Below, piece by piece: positions 24,480 to 36,190 of a stretch of DNA of 64,000 nucleotides. Each line of letters begins with the position of its first letter. The stretch's first letter is position 1. The translations under genes were made by a program, and so were the position numbers. Source of the stretch: Marsupella aquatica (Eukaryota > Plantae > Marchantiophyta); NCBI GenBank assembly GCA_973895155.1, contig OZ316897.1, positions 4,853,976-4,917,975 of the forward strand, written 5' to 3'. The notes under the pieces are model-generated. The model made no database searches, had not been told where the DNA came from, and saw only the letters and a list, made by a program, of their open reading frames with translations.

Positions 24480-27035
24480 TCATCTTTGAGGTTCCTGGAA
24501 ACTGTCAGATTCACTTTGCTTATCCCTAATCTCCTGCTTCACGGCTGCCATTGCTAATTCCACTTCTTGCCGACGTACATCAACTCTACGCTGTCGGTCA
24601 ATTTCAACTGCAGCTTCCGCAGATTGCTTCATCCTCCTCCACATCCTTCTCTCCACTTGCTTTTCCACTGGGACCCAACCTGGACTCAGAGCACCCTTTG
24701 GACCTCTAGGGCTCAGATCTCTATCGCTGTTGGCTTCGTCGTCCAGCACAGTTGATTCAGTGGAGAGCAGAGTCCAGTCTTCTGAGCCAATCACTGTCGA
24801 GCCATTTTTGGAATGTGGTAGTCCTTCTGCCGTCTCAGAATCGAGATTCAGAGGGTCTGCAATCATACGGTGGTTACTAAAAGAGAATTCGGGTAGAGTT
24901 TCATCTGGCGGGCAACGCACTTCTTCGACGACCTCTGCTTCACAATAATCATCGTCATTAGCGGGTAAAAGAGTCTTGCAATCCTCCTCACCCGAGTTGA
25001 CTGGCTTAGCCCAAACCTTGCCAAAAGCGCTTGTACCTCGTGGAAGGACATCCTCATCTTCATTGCTTTGAGATCTGCTTATCTCAAAACGGACTGCTCC
25101 TACCTTTCTAGCGTTTCCTGCCAATATCTCAAGTCTGTATTTCTGGAATTTTTCCTTGTTATCCTCTTGATGATCGGTTTCATTATCACGACGATCCGGA
25201 GCGTCTTCAGCTTCTGCCTTCTCGAGGACAATAACAATGCTCTCCCCTGTCCGTGGTATGTATCCAAATGCTTCGCACACAAAGCCCGACACAGTCTCGT
25301 ACCGGTAAGGACCCTCTGGCATCTTGACTTCGAGAGCCTCCGAAAGGTCCTCAATATGGGTGTTCGCGTCCACATCAAACACCCCATCAGCTCTTTGCAC
25401 CACATAACCCGTCTTTTTCCGAATTTCTTCCTTCGAGTCGTTCTCGTCAAAGATTTCGCCAACAATTTCTTCCACAACGTCCTCTAGAGTAACAATACCA
25501 ACAGCACCACCGTACTCATTCAAAACGATGGCCATGTGAACCTTCCTGATGCGAAATTCTCTCAGAAGATTCCAGACAGACATAGAATCAGGGACAAAAT
25601 ATGCAGGTCTGTGGGCAATCCGCCCCACTGTTAGTCTTTGCAAAACCTTAACTTGTTCAGAATCATAGTCGATGTAGTCAAGCATGTCCATTGCATATGC
25701 TATGCCAACAATATTATCAACGCGGCGTTCATAAACTGGCGTTCTAGAATACTGATGCTTGACCCAATAATCCCTGAACTCCATCAAGGTAGATTCAGCA
25801 TCAATAGCAACAACATCAACTAAAGGGGTCATCACTTCACGAACAAACGTGTCCTTAATCTCCAGTACATTTTCAATCATATCCTGCTCTTCTTCTTCAA
25901 TTGCTCCACTTAGCTCTGCTCCTCTGAGCATCAACTTCAATTCCTCCTCGCTCACAAATGGTTCCCCGGAGCTCTTCAACCCTAAAAACTTGAGCAGAGC
26001 CATGGACAGAGCAGTCACAACACGACCAACTGGATAAAGTATGACTGACAACCATGCAACAGGCCGCACCGCAAACCGTGCAACTTTGGTGGCATTGTGG
26101 ACGGCTATGCTTTTTGGAGCAATTTCTGTCACGAGAAGAATAACAACAGTCATGACTCCAGTGGCTGCAGTGACTCCTGCTTCGCCGAAAAGAGAGGTAG
26201 CTGCATCAGTGACTAAAGCAGTCGCTGCAATATTGACAACAGTCGTTCCAATTAGTATAGTTGTCAGGAAACGAGTGACATCTTGGGAAAGTAGCCGAAA
26301 AACACCTCCCTCCCCTTCCTTCTCAGCAAGTTCCCGGACCTTCCATGGCCAAAGAGTCATTATGGATGTCTCAGCCATCGAGAAAAAGGCCGACAGCCCA
26401 AGTAAAGCTGAGAGGAGTACGCCTTGGTCCTTGAAAACGGCCAGAGTTTGTAAAACTTTCGGCCATACGGATCCCTTGTAGTCCCTTGCGCGCTCACCAA
26501 GCATCAGGAGAACACTGCTGTCCGTGGCTGCATGAGTCGTTCCTGCACCCAGCAGACAAGCTATGCAAGCCGTCGCACAGCACAAAGCGAAGACACGGCC
26601 CAGGGCAACCATGGCAAATTGCGAAATTCTCGAATCAAGTACACCGCCGATTTTACTGGTAAGTACCTCCTCGTCCGGGTTTTTCAAGGATTGTAAGCTT
26701 GTCTCCGTGTCGTTCTCCAGAACATTTGACCTAATTCCGTCTTGCATTTTCATAATACCCTTATTGTAATCCTTCCAAATGCCGGCGTGCATACCGAAAT
26801 GTGTGCTCTCACGCTTTCTCCGCCCTGAATGCTTTCCTGACCCTGAGGAGCCGGTCCATCTACATGACTTTGGTCTGGAATAGAAGACATTCCCGCTGCT
26901 GTGTCCACAAAGAGAGCAAGCATTTCGAAATCCCATCGACAAACTACGACCCCCAAGACAGATCGTACCTGCATTCGGGGACTCCATGAACGTTTTGATA
27001 CTAGTTGCTGCAGATAATATGCGCAGCGAGGCCAT
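24480..27035 (-). CDS. Plastid DUF21 (CNNM) + CBS pair + CorC/HlyC domain protein, putative Mg2+ transporter (At1g55930/At3g13070, MGR8/9-like), single exon
   Basis: Uninterrupted 851-aa ORF with a transit-like N-terminus, LSAFFSMAETSI, FLTTILIGTTVVNI, TEIAPKSIAVHN, VREVMTPLVDVVAID, HQYSRTPVY, VHMAIVLNEYGG, TLEDVVEEIVGEIFDEND and YETVSGFVCEAFGYIP. Confidence 0.95.
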   Translation of the reverse strand: MASLRILSAATSIKTFMESPNAGTICLGGRSLSMGFRNACSLCGHSSGNVFYSRPKSCRWTGSSGSGKHSGRRKRESTHFGMHAGIWKDYNKGIMKMQDGIRSNVLENDTETSLQSLKNPDEEVLTSKIGGVLDSRISQFAMVALGRVFALCCATACIACLLGAGTTHAATDSSVLLMLGERARDYKGSVWPKVLQTLAVFKDQGVLLSALLGLSAFFSMAETSIMTLWPWKVRELAEKEGEGGVFRLLSQDVTRFLTTILIGTTVVNIAATALVTDAATSLFGEAGVTAATGVMTVVILLVTEIAPKSIAVHNATKVARFAVRPVAWLSVILYPVGRVVTALSMALLKFLGLKSSGEPFVSEEELKLMLRGAELSGAIEEEEQDMIENVLEIKDTFVREVMTPLVDVVAIDAESTLMEFRDYWVKHQYSRTPVYERRVDNIVGIAYAMDMLDYIDYDSEQVKVLQRLTVGRIAHRPAYFVPDSMSVWNLLREFRIRKVHMAIVLNEYGGAVGIVTLEDVVEEIVGEIFDENDSKEEIRKKTGYVVQRADGVFDVDANTHIEDLSEALEVKMPEGPYRYETVSGFVCEAFGYIPRTGESIVIVLEKAEAEDAPDRRDNETDHQEDNKEKFQKYRLEILAGNARKVGAVRFEISRSQSNEDEDVLPRGTSAFGKVWAKPVNSGEEDCKTLLPANDDDYCEAEVVEEVRCPPDETLPEFSFSNHRMIADPLNLDSETAEGLPHSKNGSTVIGSEDWTLLSTESTVLDDEANSDRDLSPRGPKGALSPGWVPVEKQVERRMWRRMKQSAEAAVEIDRQRRVDVRRQEVELAMAAVKQEIRDKQSESDSFQEPQR

Positions 27036-27789
27036 TAAATTGACTGTCCTTTCAGTTGTTCACTGTTTCGTGACCGAGAGAGTGCGGTCTACTCGAATTG
27101 AGCTGCCTGCACTTCTTCATCCACGCTGTTCAAGACGGCGACTCCAGAGACCAACGAATCCCTGTTGTTGGCTCCATGACATCGCACCCGTCGACGACCA
27201 GCTCCTACAAGGCCTTCCACGCTCACGCACCGGCGAGGTTCAAGATCAGGCATTTTCAGCCACACTGCAATGCTTTTGGGTCCCCACTCCCCAGCTTCGT
27301 GGGAACAACTTAACAACTTCAGATTTCTCCTGGAAGGAAGTCACAACTCACAACTCAGCATCTTCGCAGTCTCCAATACAAAATTGCTCCCTTACATCAA
27401 TGACACCTGGTGTTGGGTCTCATGATCTCATCCCACCCCGCCACCCCGCCACCCCGGGTTGTCGGGTCCAGGCGAGGGAGGGAGCCTTTAAAGTTTCAAG
27501 GGAGGAAGTGGGGGCGGGAGGAAGTGGGGGCGGGGGGGTCTGAAGGCGCGGAGGGAGGTAGGGTTCAGTCGGAGGGAGGTAGGGCTCAGTCGGGGCGTGG
27601 GGAGAACAGGAGGGTTCCATAATGCCAACAGTGTCTGAACCGGATAATGCATTGATGCCGATGGTACAGCAGAGGGATTTTTCATTTTTGACCGGGGCGC
27701 GGGGAGGGTTTGATCGTCGGCTGACGCGACACGCGCGCCGTCGAGACGTGGCAGCAGGAGTCGGCCGGCGCGTTCGGCACTCTTGGGCC

Positions 27790-28125
27790 ACGCTCGGGAT
27801 CCGGCGGAGGAGTTGGCGGGGCACGAAGGCATGGCAAGTCGTGCCGTCCAGGCAAGCCGGGTCGCGCTCGTCGGACCGTCGCTCATCGCCGGCGCGGCGA
27901 TAGTCGGGGCATCGTCGAGGGCGAATGAGGAGGCCGCGGCGGGAGTCAGCTACAGTCGGGGGATGGGGGTTAATGCGGCGGCGTCGTGGCGGGGAAGAGA
28001 GTAGTGTAGGGGTAGGGACGAATTGTTGTCGACATATTCCTTTGCGGCTTTTCCGTTTCCATTTGTCGCACCCAACGCAGCGCGCCACTTTGAAAGACAA
28101 CCATGGCAAATTTTGGCGCAACCTC
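27790..28125. repeat. CpG-rich copy of a dispersed repeat in the divergent promoter between the CBS gene and ispD; left border uncertain
   Basis: Aligns by eye with 38190-38622, for example gtagggac[g/a]aattgtt and aaagacaaccatg[g/a]caa..tttgg[c/t]gcaacctctta. Confidence 0.8.
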
Positions 28126-28164
28126 TTACAATAGCTTTTATTTGATGCCGATTCTTATTATAGT

Positions 28165-28260
28165 TTCTGATGATGATGATCGATGGTTTTGATGATATTT
28201 TGATGATAATGATCGATGATTTTGATGAGGATCGATGATTTTGATGAGGATTTCTGATTG
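28165..28260. repeat. (GAT)-rich low-complexity tandem repeat
   Basis: Units such as gatcgatgattttgatga repeated 3-4 times. Confidence 0.85.
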
Positions 28261-28503
28261 ACGGCACTGCTCTCCCGTCTGTCTCTCAGTAGCAATTCTC
28301 TCTGTGAAATTTTGCTCGCCCTCTGTTCTCTCTTCCCATCTGTATTTCAGTAGTCATTTTCTCCTTGTGGTTGTCACGTACAGTTCAGTAGTAGCAAGAG
28401 AATCAACTGAGCAACGAGGCTTTTGCATTCGGCCAAGCAGACCAGAGCAGGGCAGGGCAGGGCTTGCAACTCGGTTATCATTTCGTTGGAGTAGTTGTTG
28501 GAG

Positions 28504-31500
28504 ATGGCCGCGGTTTCAGCTACGATCGTGGGTGCTGCTCTCGGTTCCGTTGCTGCGCGGCAGACGGCTGCAACCCAGGTGTGCATCTCGATGGGAGGCC
28601 ATAACAAGCGCTCGTTGAGAGATTCGACTGTTCCGTGCCCTTCCGCAATTTCTTCCATATCAGGTGGGTTTCCCGTGTTCGTATACCGTGGTAGAAGTGG
28701 TGTTCGTATGTACTGTAGTAGAACTAGCTCGGGAATTCCGTTCTTGTATGAATTGCTATGCTGTGCCATGCCATGTCAGAGTCGGCAAGGGAGGAGAGGA
28801 GCATTAGGTGGAGCAAGCACCGCCTCCAACGGCGTTGTGCTGTTGCAGAAAAAGCAGAAGAAAATGGTGCAGCGGAAGTGGTAAGTGATTTGACTTCAGC
28901 CTGCTTGCTGTGCTATCTTGTCGATCATTTTGTGTTGACTTCCTGCGCCAGCCCGTTTCATGTTTTGTCGACTTTAAATTGTCCTCTGTCAAGATGAGCA
29001 AGTAAGTGTGTACCTCTCCGGACTGGAATTTTGAATACTTCCGTCAATCGAAATACCTGGTGGACGTATGCAGCCTGGTCAAATTTGAATAGTTCGTTTA
29101 GCGGAACACTGCTCTTCCCTTTTGTTTCATTGTTTTTCATATGAAAGCGAGCACTAACAAAAGTTTGCTGTCAGGTCGTTCCCGAAAAGAGTGTTTCAGT
29201 TATACTCCTAGCTGGAGGGAAGGGAAAGCGTATGGGGGTAAAACTTCTCTCCTGCTCTCTATCAGCACCTTCAGTTTGCCTTCCCTGAAGATGAGTAGTG
29301 TTGGTGCTTATTTGATGCAATGTCGTAATGCACGCCAAAATTTCATGGATTTGGAATTCTAAGAGGAGATACAGACGGAGTATTTTGCTGAAGCTGGCAT
29401 GGTCGTGTTGTGGTGCAGGCGAATATCCCCAAGCAATATCTACCTTTGCTAGGCCTACCCATTGCTTTGCACAGGTAAACGCTTTCCACTGCATGGTTGT
29501 GGATAATGTAATTATGTCAGTGGTTCTTTCGTACAATGTTTATTATCACTCTTCTTACTATCTCCTTGGAATTGAAGATTACAGGTTTGTCAGTTGCGGA
29601 TATTATGGTTCATTGTTGTTGATTGTGGAGCATACTGACCTGGACATCGTCAACGGAATTGGTTCTTTAGATTTTCTCATGTTCGCAACTGGAAAGTACA
29701 GCTGCAACTCGACTGAGATTAAACTGACATCAAGTTGACACTCTGAATTTGCAGTTTTCACACCTTCGCCAGCATGCCAGAAGTAGTGGAGATTGTTGTC
29801 GTCTGCGACCCTTCGTATCAAGACATTTTCGAAGGTTAGCGAAAGCATCTGTAATTTTCAGAAGAGAATAAGAGAAGGAAACCCTTCGGGTGGTCGAGTT
29901 TGACTTCTTAAGAAAAAAGAAATGAGATGCGCATTCAACTCTTGCAGAAGCGAACGTTGGTATTCCCGTAAAATTTGCGCTGCCTGGGAATGCACGCCAA
30001 GATTCAGTGCGAAGCGGGCTTCAGGTGAGAAACTCTCATGCCTCACGTCACAGCGACTATTTTTTCTGAATGAACTTGTCTGTATTGAAAATTGGACACG
30101 CATAACAATTGACCCAAAATTATATAGTCAAGCTGAATTATTGAGAGTCTTCCTTTTAATGACGCACACACATCCCACAAACACACATGCCCTGTGGGTA
30201 AGAGATGCCAGATTGAATGATTTGCAGAGTTGCCATGGCCATCGTGGGTATCGGAGATGATCATCCTTTGTAGAATCAGCAACTCCAGGAACAGTGTCCT
30301 TGACAGAGATGAGGGGAGAATTAAGACCTGCGACTTTCTCGTTTTTGCAGGAAATTAGCAAGTCATCCAAACTTGCCTGCATACATGACTCTGCAAGACC
30401 TCTTGTTCGAACAAAAGATATTCTGAAGGTAGGTGTGTAGTAATCAATTGCTTTCGCTTCCTGAATCCTTAACGTGACTGTGACGTGATACACATGTCGT
30501 TGTTTTAAGTATATCATCTGTGCACTTTATCCTTGGTTGATGACAAGAGACTTACTGGTAAGTTGTTGTCTGCTCTAGGTAATCAAAGATGCTTGGATTA
30601 CTGGTGCGGCAATGCTTGGAGTACCTGTAAAGGCAACCATCAAGGAGGTGCGCAAAAGATCACAAATCATGAAAGCGATTGAACGAAGCTTGATAGTACT
30701 AAGATTAAGCATTGGGCTTCTAGTTTACTTGAGTAGGAATTTCGAACTGACATGGCTGTAGAATACTTCTAAATTCAAGATACTTGGTGTTTGCCTTTTC
30801 ATTTTCTCAGGCAGGACAGGATCTCTTTGTGACGAAGACTTTGGACAGACGGGCTCTGTGGGAAATGCAAACACCTCAGGTATGACAATCCTTGCTACAC
30901 CAATTGACAATTGTAGGAATGTACAGAATTTGACTAGGATCCAGCTTCTTTCCAGGTCGATTGCAGGCCTAAGTTTGATCTCTTTCATCGCTTTTGACAG
31001 GTCATTGAGCCGCAATTGCTACGTAGGGGTTTTGAGCTCGTAGAGCGGTAAGTGAAGCAGTCCATATGACACGTGTTCCCCTTCTCTTCTTGTTTGGTGG
31101 ACCATGGAGGTCTATGAAGACGAACGCAGTGTCTAACCTGGTCGGATGTTTTAAATTTCAGAGAAGGTTATGAGGTGACTGATGATGTATCCATAGTGGA
31201 GTACTTGAAGCATCCCGTGCTAATAACAGAAGGATCGTACACAAATCTTAAGGTCAGATCTATAACCTCCGTCCTTGTCGACCAATTATCTGCACCTGGA
31301 AATTTTGGTTTTTCCCCATTGTGAAGTCTTTTTTCATTTGTTAAGGTGAAACCCCTTTTTCTTGGGTTTCCTTCACCGTACTACATTCTGAGTTCGTGGA
31401 TTTTGATCACAGATTACAACACCAGATGATTTGATCGTTGCTGAAAGAATACTTCATCAAAGTACACCGACAGTTGTGGCTGCCTTCACCGCCACACCAG

Positions 31501-31511
31501 TTGTTGTGTAA
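28504..31511 (+). CDS. ISPD: 2-C-methyl-D-erythritol 4-phosphate cytidylyltransferase (MEP pathway, plastid), about 12 exons
   Basis: Spliced exons give [16 protein letters not shown] (29175-29237), [80 protein letters not shown] and NLKITTPDDL, with stop TAA at 31509-31511. Transit-peptide exons are 28504-28662 and 28780-28880. Confidence 0.95.
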
Positions 31512-32929
31512 AAGTTACTGCTCACTTGCAGCTTCCCCTGCATTATGACGTCTAGCTGCCGGATAGAATAAAAAGAAAAACTACAGTGGCAACTACGTTG
31601 TATGCGTGTGAACGTTGGGTGCAGCTTGTGTACACCAATGATTTGAAGTGACATGAACTCCAAGGTTCACAGAGCCCCAATTGAGGCAAGGGACGAAAGT
31701 TTAGGAGGAGGGAAAACAACTATCGTAAAGTATAATGAAGCGATTGAGAGATCAATGGCTGAAATACTATGGTAGCTTCTAGATAGGTTATCCTATTTGG
31801 TTGCATTTATACGTCATTCTTTAGCGATCAGGTCTACATATGAACCACTAAATGTATTAAAGCGCCTGCATCCAACTTGGGACGAACCAGTTGCCTGTTG
31901 AGGTGAATCGATGCTCGTCATGTGTAAGACACCAAAGAGATTTTGGGAAAAGGCTTCCCTACATATAACCACTACTTTAGTGGTAAAAACTCATGTCACA
32001 TCAAATTAATTTGTGACTAACCTCTTCAGGCAGCTTGGAAGTTAATGAGAAATCTAGAGTTTCAAAGGGTCCCGTCACTACTATATGGAGATTGCATTTG
32101 ACTCAGAAAGCTCTTGTTTTTAGTTATCATTGACTCTTTGATTTACTTTATGAGAGTAGATTTTAAATTTTGTTTAGAATTTGGAGGGGCCCCAATTAAT
32201 TTCTTTCAAAAATAAGTTTTGAATTCAACTTTTTGTTTACGTGCTTTGGTAGTGGGAGACTTCCAGAATGTTCAGAAGTAAGTGTTGGATTCAATTTTTT
32301 GGTTACATGTTTTGGTAGCGGGAGTCTTCCAGAATGTTGTATATGTTAAAACTGCAGGTACAGGAACAGTGAGTCTTGCAAGGTTCAGGCCAATGATCTC
32401 CCATTATTCCATCAATTGGGCAAGATCTTAAGTTTATCTTTGGTTACAACTACAGTAGATGTTTTACCTTGTCCACTTTGACTCCAATATAATGCACACA
32501 ATTGTGTCTCATGAATTGCCCTAGTGAACTCTCTAAAAATACAAGTACCTACATTGTTCACCATAATTGGTGTTACTCACACTAATTCAAGTGTCAATTT
32601 TCAGGGTCAACTCTTGATTTAGCATTAGTCACACTAAGTTAATCATAACACTATTTTTGTGCGCCTAAATTAATGTTGCTGTGGCCCAGAGAGGCATGGA
32701 TATGTGGTAGCTCACTCGAGTTGAGACTTGCCAAGACCACAACCCCGTCAAGCAAATATCCGATTGCATCCATTGACGCCTCGATTTTGCATGAATTGAA
32801 AACCACCACAACACCGGTAAAAAACCGTCAAAAATAGAAACAAAAATTCTTGATGCCTTGTGAACTTGCCAAATAAACTTTTTGTTTTCTAAACCAGAGG
32901 ACAACAACTTCAATCAGCACCACAATTCA

Positions 32930-34062
32930 AGCAGTATGCTCATCCCTTGCGGCCATTTTGGTCACGACCATCCCAATCTCATCCTGGAGCAGAATAGCCT
33001 CACTCCAACATTGAACTACTTGCTTCTTGGCTTTGATTTGGCGATGGGTGCAGTTGGTGGCCATGATCAACTCTTAACCAAAGAACACTGCTACCTATGA
33101 GCCATGAGCTCACCTAGCTTGAGGCCAATAGTTGGGGCGAAGTTTGACAGCAAGTTGTTAGAGAAAGTGCCTGGGGCAAAAGGGTTTGGGGGGAGTTGGT
33201 CCCCATCATGATGAGGCTAGGGGTAGGATTTTGCAGATCCTCCAGACAGTCCTCCTGAGACTGTTCAATGGGCACCCGACTAGGGTCGCCAAGCGCAGGT
33301 TGACGATGCTGGTGGGATCAGCAGTTGCTAAGGAAGGGGACCTCGCCTGATTTGGGGTCGGAGATAGAGAGGCAGTCTGAAAGGAAGAAAATCCGTCGTC
33401 CACAGCTGGTTCCATGGTGGTTTTTGGAACACCCCAGGGTTGTGGCTATGGCCTTGTTTAGTGCATCCAAAGCCGTAATGATTGCATCCTTCTCGGATGG
33501 AGGAGGGATCAACTTGGCAACCAGACTTTAGTTGTTAGCAGCCCACGCGGCTACAAGGTTCCTAGCTTAGGGCTAGGGGCTTTGGTCTGTCAGGAACACC
33601 CACTTGGAGTCAATGATCTTTGGTACATTGCACCATGAAAGGTCCTCCCAATAAATTTGGCTGTACAGCTCAAGGATTATTTTGGTATGGCTCACCATAT
33701 GTGCCTTGCCCCCGGTGTACAAGGTCTTCTTTTTTTGTTCCATCTCCTTGTGGAACTTGGGGAAGAAGGAAGCCCACTTGTTTGTCGGGTAATTCTCCAC
33801 CTGAATTACATTGCCACAAAGATCTTCTCTTGCGGCTCCATAGTGGTGTTTCTTCCACCAAGTGCCCGTTGTCGCGATGACTTAGAGTAAGGGCTACCTT
33901 GGGTAAGCGACTTGCTTCTGGATGTGATTGGGTCAAACAACAAGCATATTTTGGAGCTCGCTCTCAAACTCCTTTATTTTCAGTTTCCTCTTTCAACTCA
34001 CAATGGTTGCCCTCAAGTAGGCCACCAGTGAGAGTCTGATCACTGGTCCCTGCGGTGGGCCA
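32930..34062 (-). mobile_element. Heavily decayed LTR-retrotransposon 5' internal region (PBS-like site plus gag-like relic)
   Basis: The minus-strand sequence TGGCCCACCGCAGGGACC at ~34045-34062 resembles a Tat-type PBS (TGGCGCCCACCGTGGGG). Downstream are fragmented protein-like ORFs and an eroded zinc-knuckle-like stretch near 33030-33090. Confidence 0.35.
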
Positions 34063-35632
34063 CTACCTATCTCCCATGAAGCTCACTACCCCTTGAGTAG
34101 CTATCACTTCACAAATCCACGAAATAACTCACCACCTTAAGCTCTCATACTCAAAACTCCAACTTTACCTCTAACTCACTAGTTCTCGCCACTAGCAAGC
34201 CAAATCCAAATCTCTACAATTCATAATTGGTAACTCATATCTCTAGAATTGGTAAGACACTAGAACCATCTTAGCATCTGAACCGGATTTTTTATGAACT
34301 CCCTATTGAGCCAAAGCCGAGCCCGTATATACTCGTCAAGCACCAAAAAAGTTGGGCCCCAGGCTACGGTGATAGTTTGATCCACGAGGACTTCTACCCA
34401 AGTTTGAGCTTGAATAGGTTGAGGGGCTGGGATTGCGGATATACGACCCAAGCCTGGGGATCATTGGATTTCCATAGGACCGGGGATGAAGAAGGAGCCG
34501 CTCCTACGGCAACAACCCCAGAAGGATTAGCAATATGGTCATAAAACTGCATGATTGTGCGAGTGGGAGCGCCAATGCTGGAGATTAGTTGGGGACTTGG
34601 GAGCTTAGGGCTTCCACAAAATGGCAAGAGTGCAAATGAGAAAGGGAAGGAGATTGCATTTTTTATACCCTTCTGTGTTCTTCCCAAACATTCACCCATG
34701 CCATAATGAGTGAGCAACTGTACTTGATCGTGATTAGACCTCCATTCTTTGGGGTCCAAGTCCAACCATGAGTGGAATCCGCTCTAGAATCCAATGTGTG
34801 GATCCAAGTTTGACAACCATTATGTACCCCTACTCATGCTATACTTCAGGTGTTGTGCAGCCAGTTTGGGGTGTTAACTCTCAACTAACCTATTCCTGAC
34901 CTAATCATCATTTCAAAACAAATCTTGTCATTATTCTAATTGTTAGGGATTGACTCAAGTTCTTGGCTTTAGTTAGTTTGGCCTTACTAGGGTTGGTTGA
35001 CCATTGGTTAGTTTATGATAAGATCCACTTATTTAGGCCCACACATCTTAGTTCCCCTTGGGGGGAATAGGTTGGAGGGAGATCTTTCTCTCTCATTTTT
35101 CACATGTACTTTCTCATGAGCTATGGATCTTTCAAGAGTTTCTCCATTATGGTGTCTTGTTGGTGTAGTGTGAGATTGAGTGCTCTCATGTTCAGCATTG
35201 TTGCCTAGTTTGGAGCTGAAGGCTTCTTACACTAATAACTACGTATTTCTACAACTACTTATGGCGTACAAAATCCAGAGGAGCTTGCATTAGCATATAG
35301 GGGCTGCCCCATTGGCATCATAGGAGGCATGTTGGCAATGGTCATCTCAAGAAAAGAACCCCCTAATTACTCCATACTTTATTGTCTGCATCCAATGCAC
35401 ATATATTAATGATTCAAATTGACATGCCCAATTCCAAGCTTGACAGACCCTAAGTAAGTTGAACATTGGTTGGGCCACACCATCGCAAGAGACATGAGAT
35501 ATTAGAAGGAGCCAAATATCCGTCAAGGATACATTCTATTAAGGCCCCCTTCCCTCCCCCACCCAACCTTGGCAACGTTCCTCCTGCTTCCAAGAGTCGT
35601 GTCTCTTGCCCCTAAAGCCATGTATACTTCTG

Positions 35633-36190
35633 GTAACCCCAATTTTTGGTTACTTTAATTAAGATTTCTACTTAAAGTTGTCGCGGCCACTTACTTGGCT
35701 TTGGCCGCCCCAATGTCGAGACCCTATGGGAGAATAGCACGGCTTGGCTGACTTTCCAATGGCCCTTTTTTGCCACCCCTTGCAACTTGGAACCCCATTG
35801 GTAACCCCAATTTTGATTACTTTAAGCTTAGTTTGCTTAAACTCGCCCTTGGTTGCTTCCTCAGCTTTGGCTGCCCCAATGCTAAGACCCCTTAGAGCAA
35901 AGGCACAGCTCAGATCACTTTTCAACATACCTTTTTTCTACCCCTTGCATTGGAACCCCATTGGCAACGCTGTTTTTTGGGTTACTTTAAGTCCTTTACT
36001 TAAAATTGTTGGAATTGCTTACTTGGCGTTGGCTGACCCAATGCCAAGACCCCTTGGGCCAATGGCACGGCTCAGCCCACTTTGAAACATACCTTTTTTT
36101 TCTACCCCTTGCATGGAACCCCTTGCCTGGGTAACCACAATCATCCAAGTTTACTTGGCTCCTTACGCTCAAATACCATGCCCCCTTGGG
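35633..36190. repeat. Degenerate ~165-bp tandem repeat, about 3.3 copies
   Basis: Unit heads ggtaacccc/ggcaacgc at ~35633, 35800, 35963 and 36130. Shared blocks include ttggc.g.ccc.aatg...agaccc and taccccttgcat.ggaacccc. Confidence 0.8.

Noticed and set aside
25068-26974. Antisense and alternative-frame ORFs within the CBS gene
   Set aside because: Shadow ORFs of a long real coding sequence.
27440-27645. G-rich segment as a fourth CYCGG-type MITE
   Set aside because: No convincing TIR pair or 8-bp TSD could be found.
27420-28134. Arg/Pro-rich ORFs up to 233 aa
   Set aside because: Overlapping frames in a GC-rich repeat/promoter with no recognisable domain.
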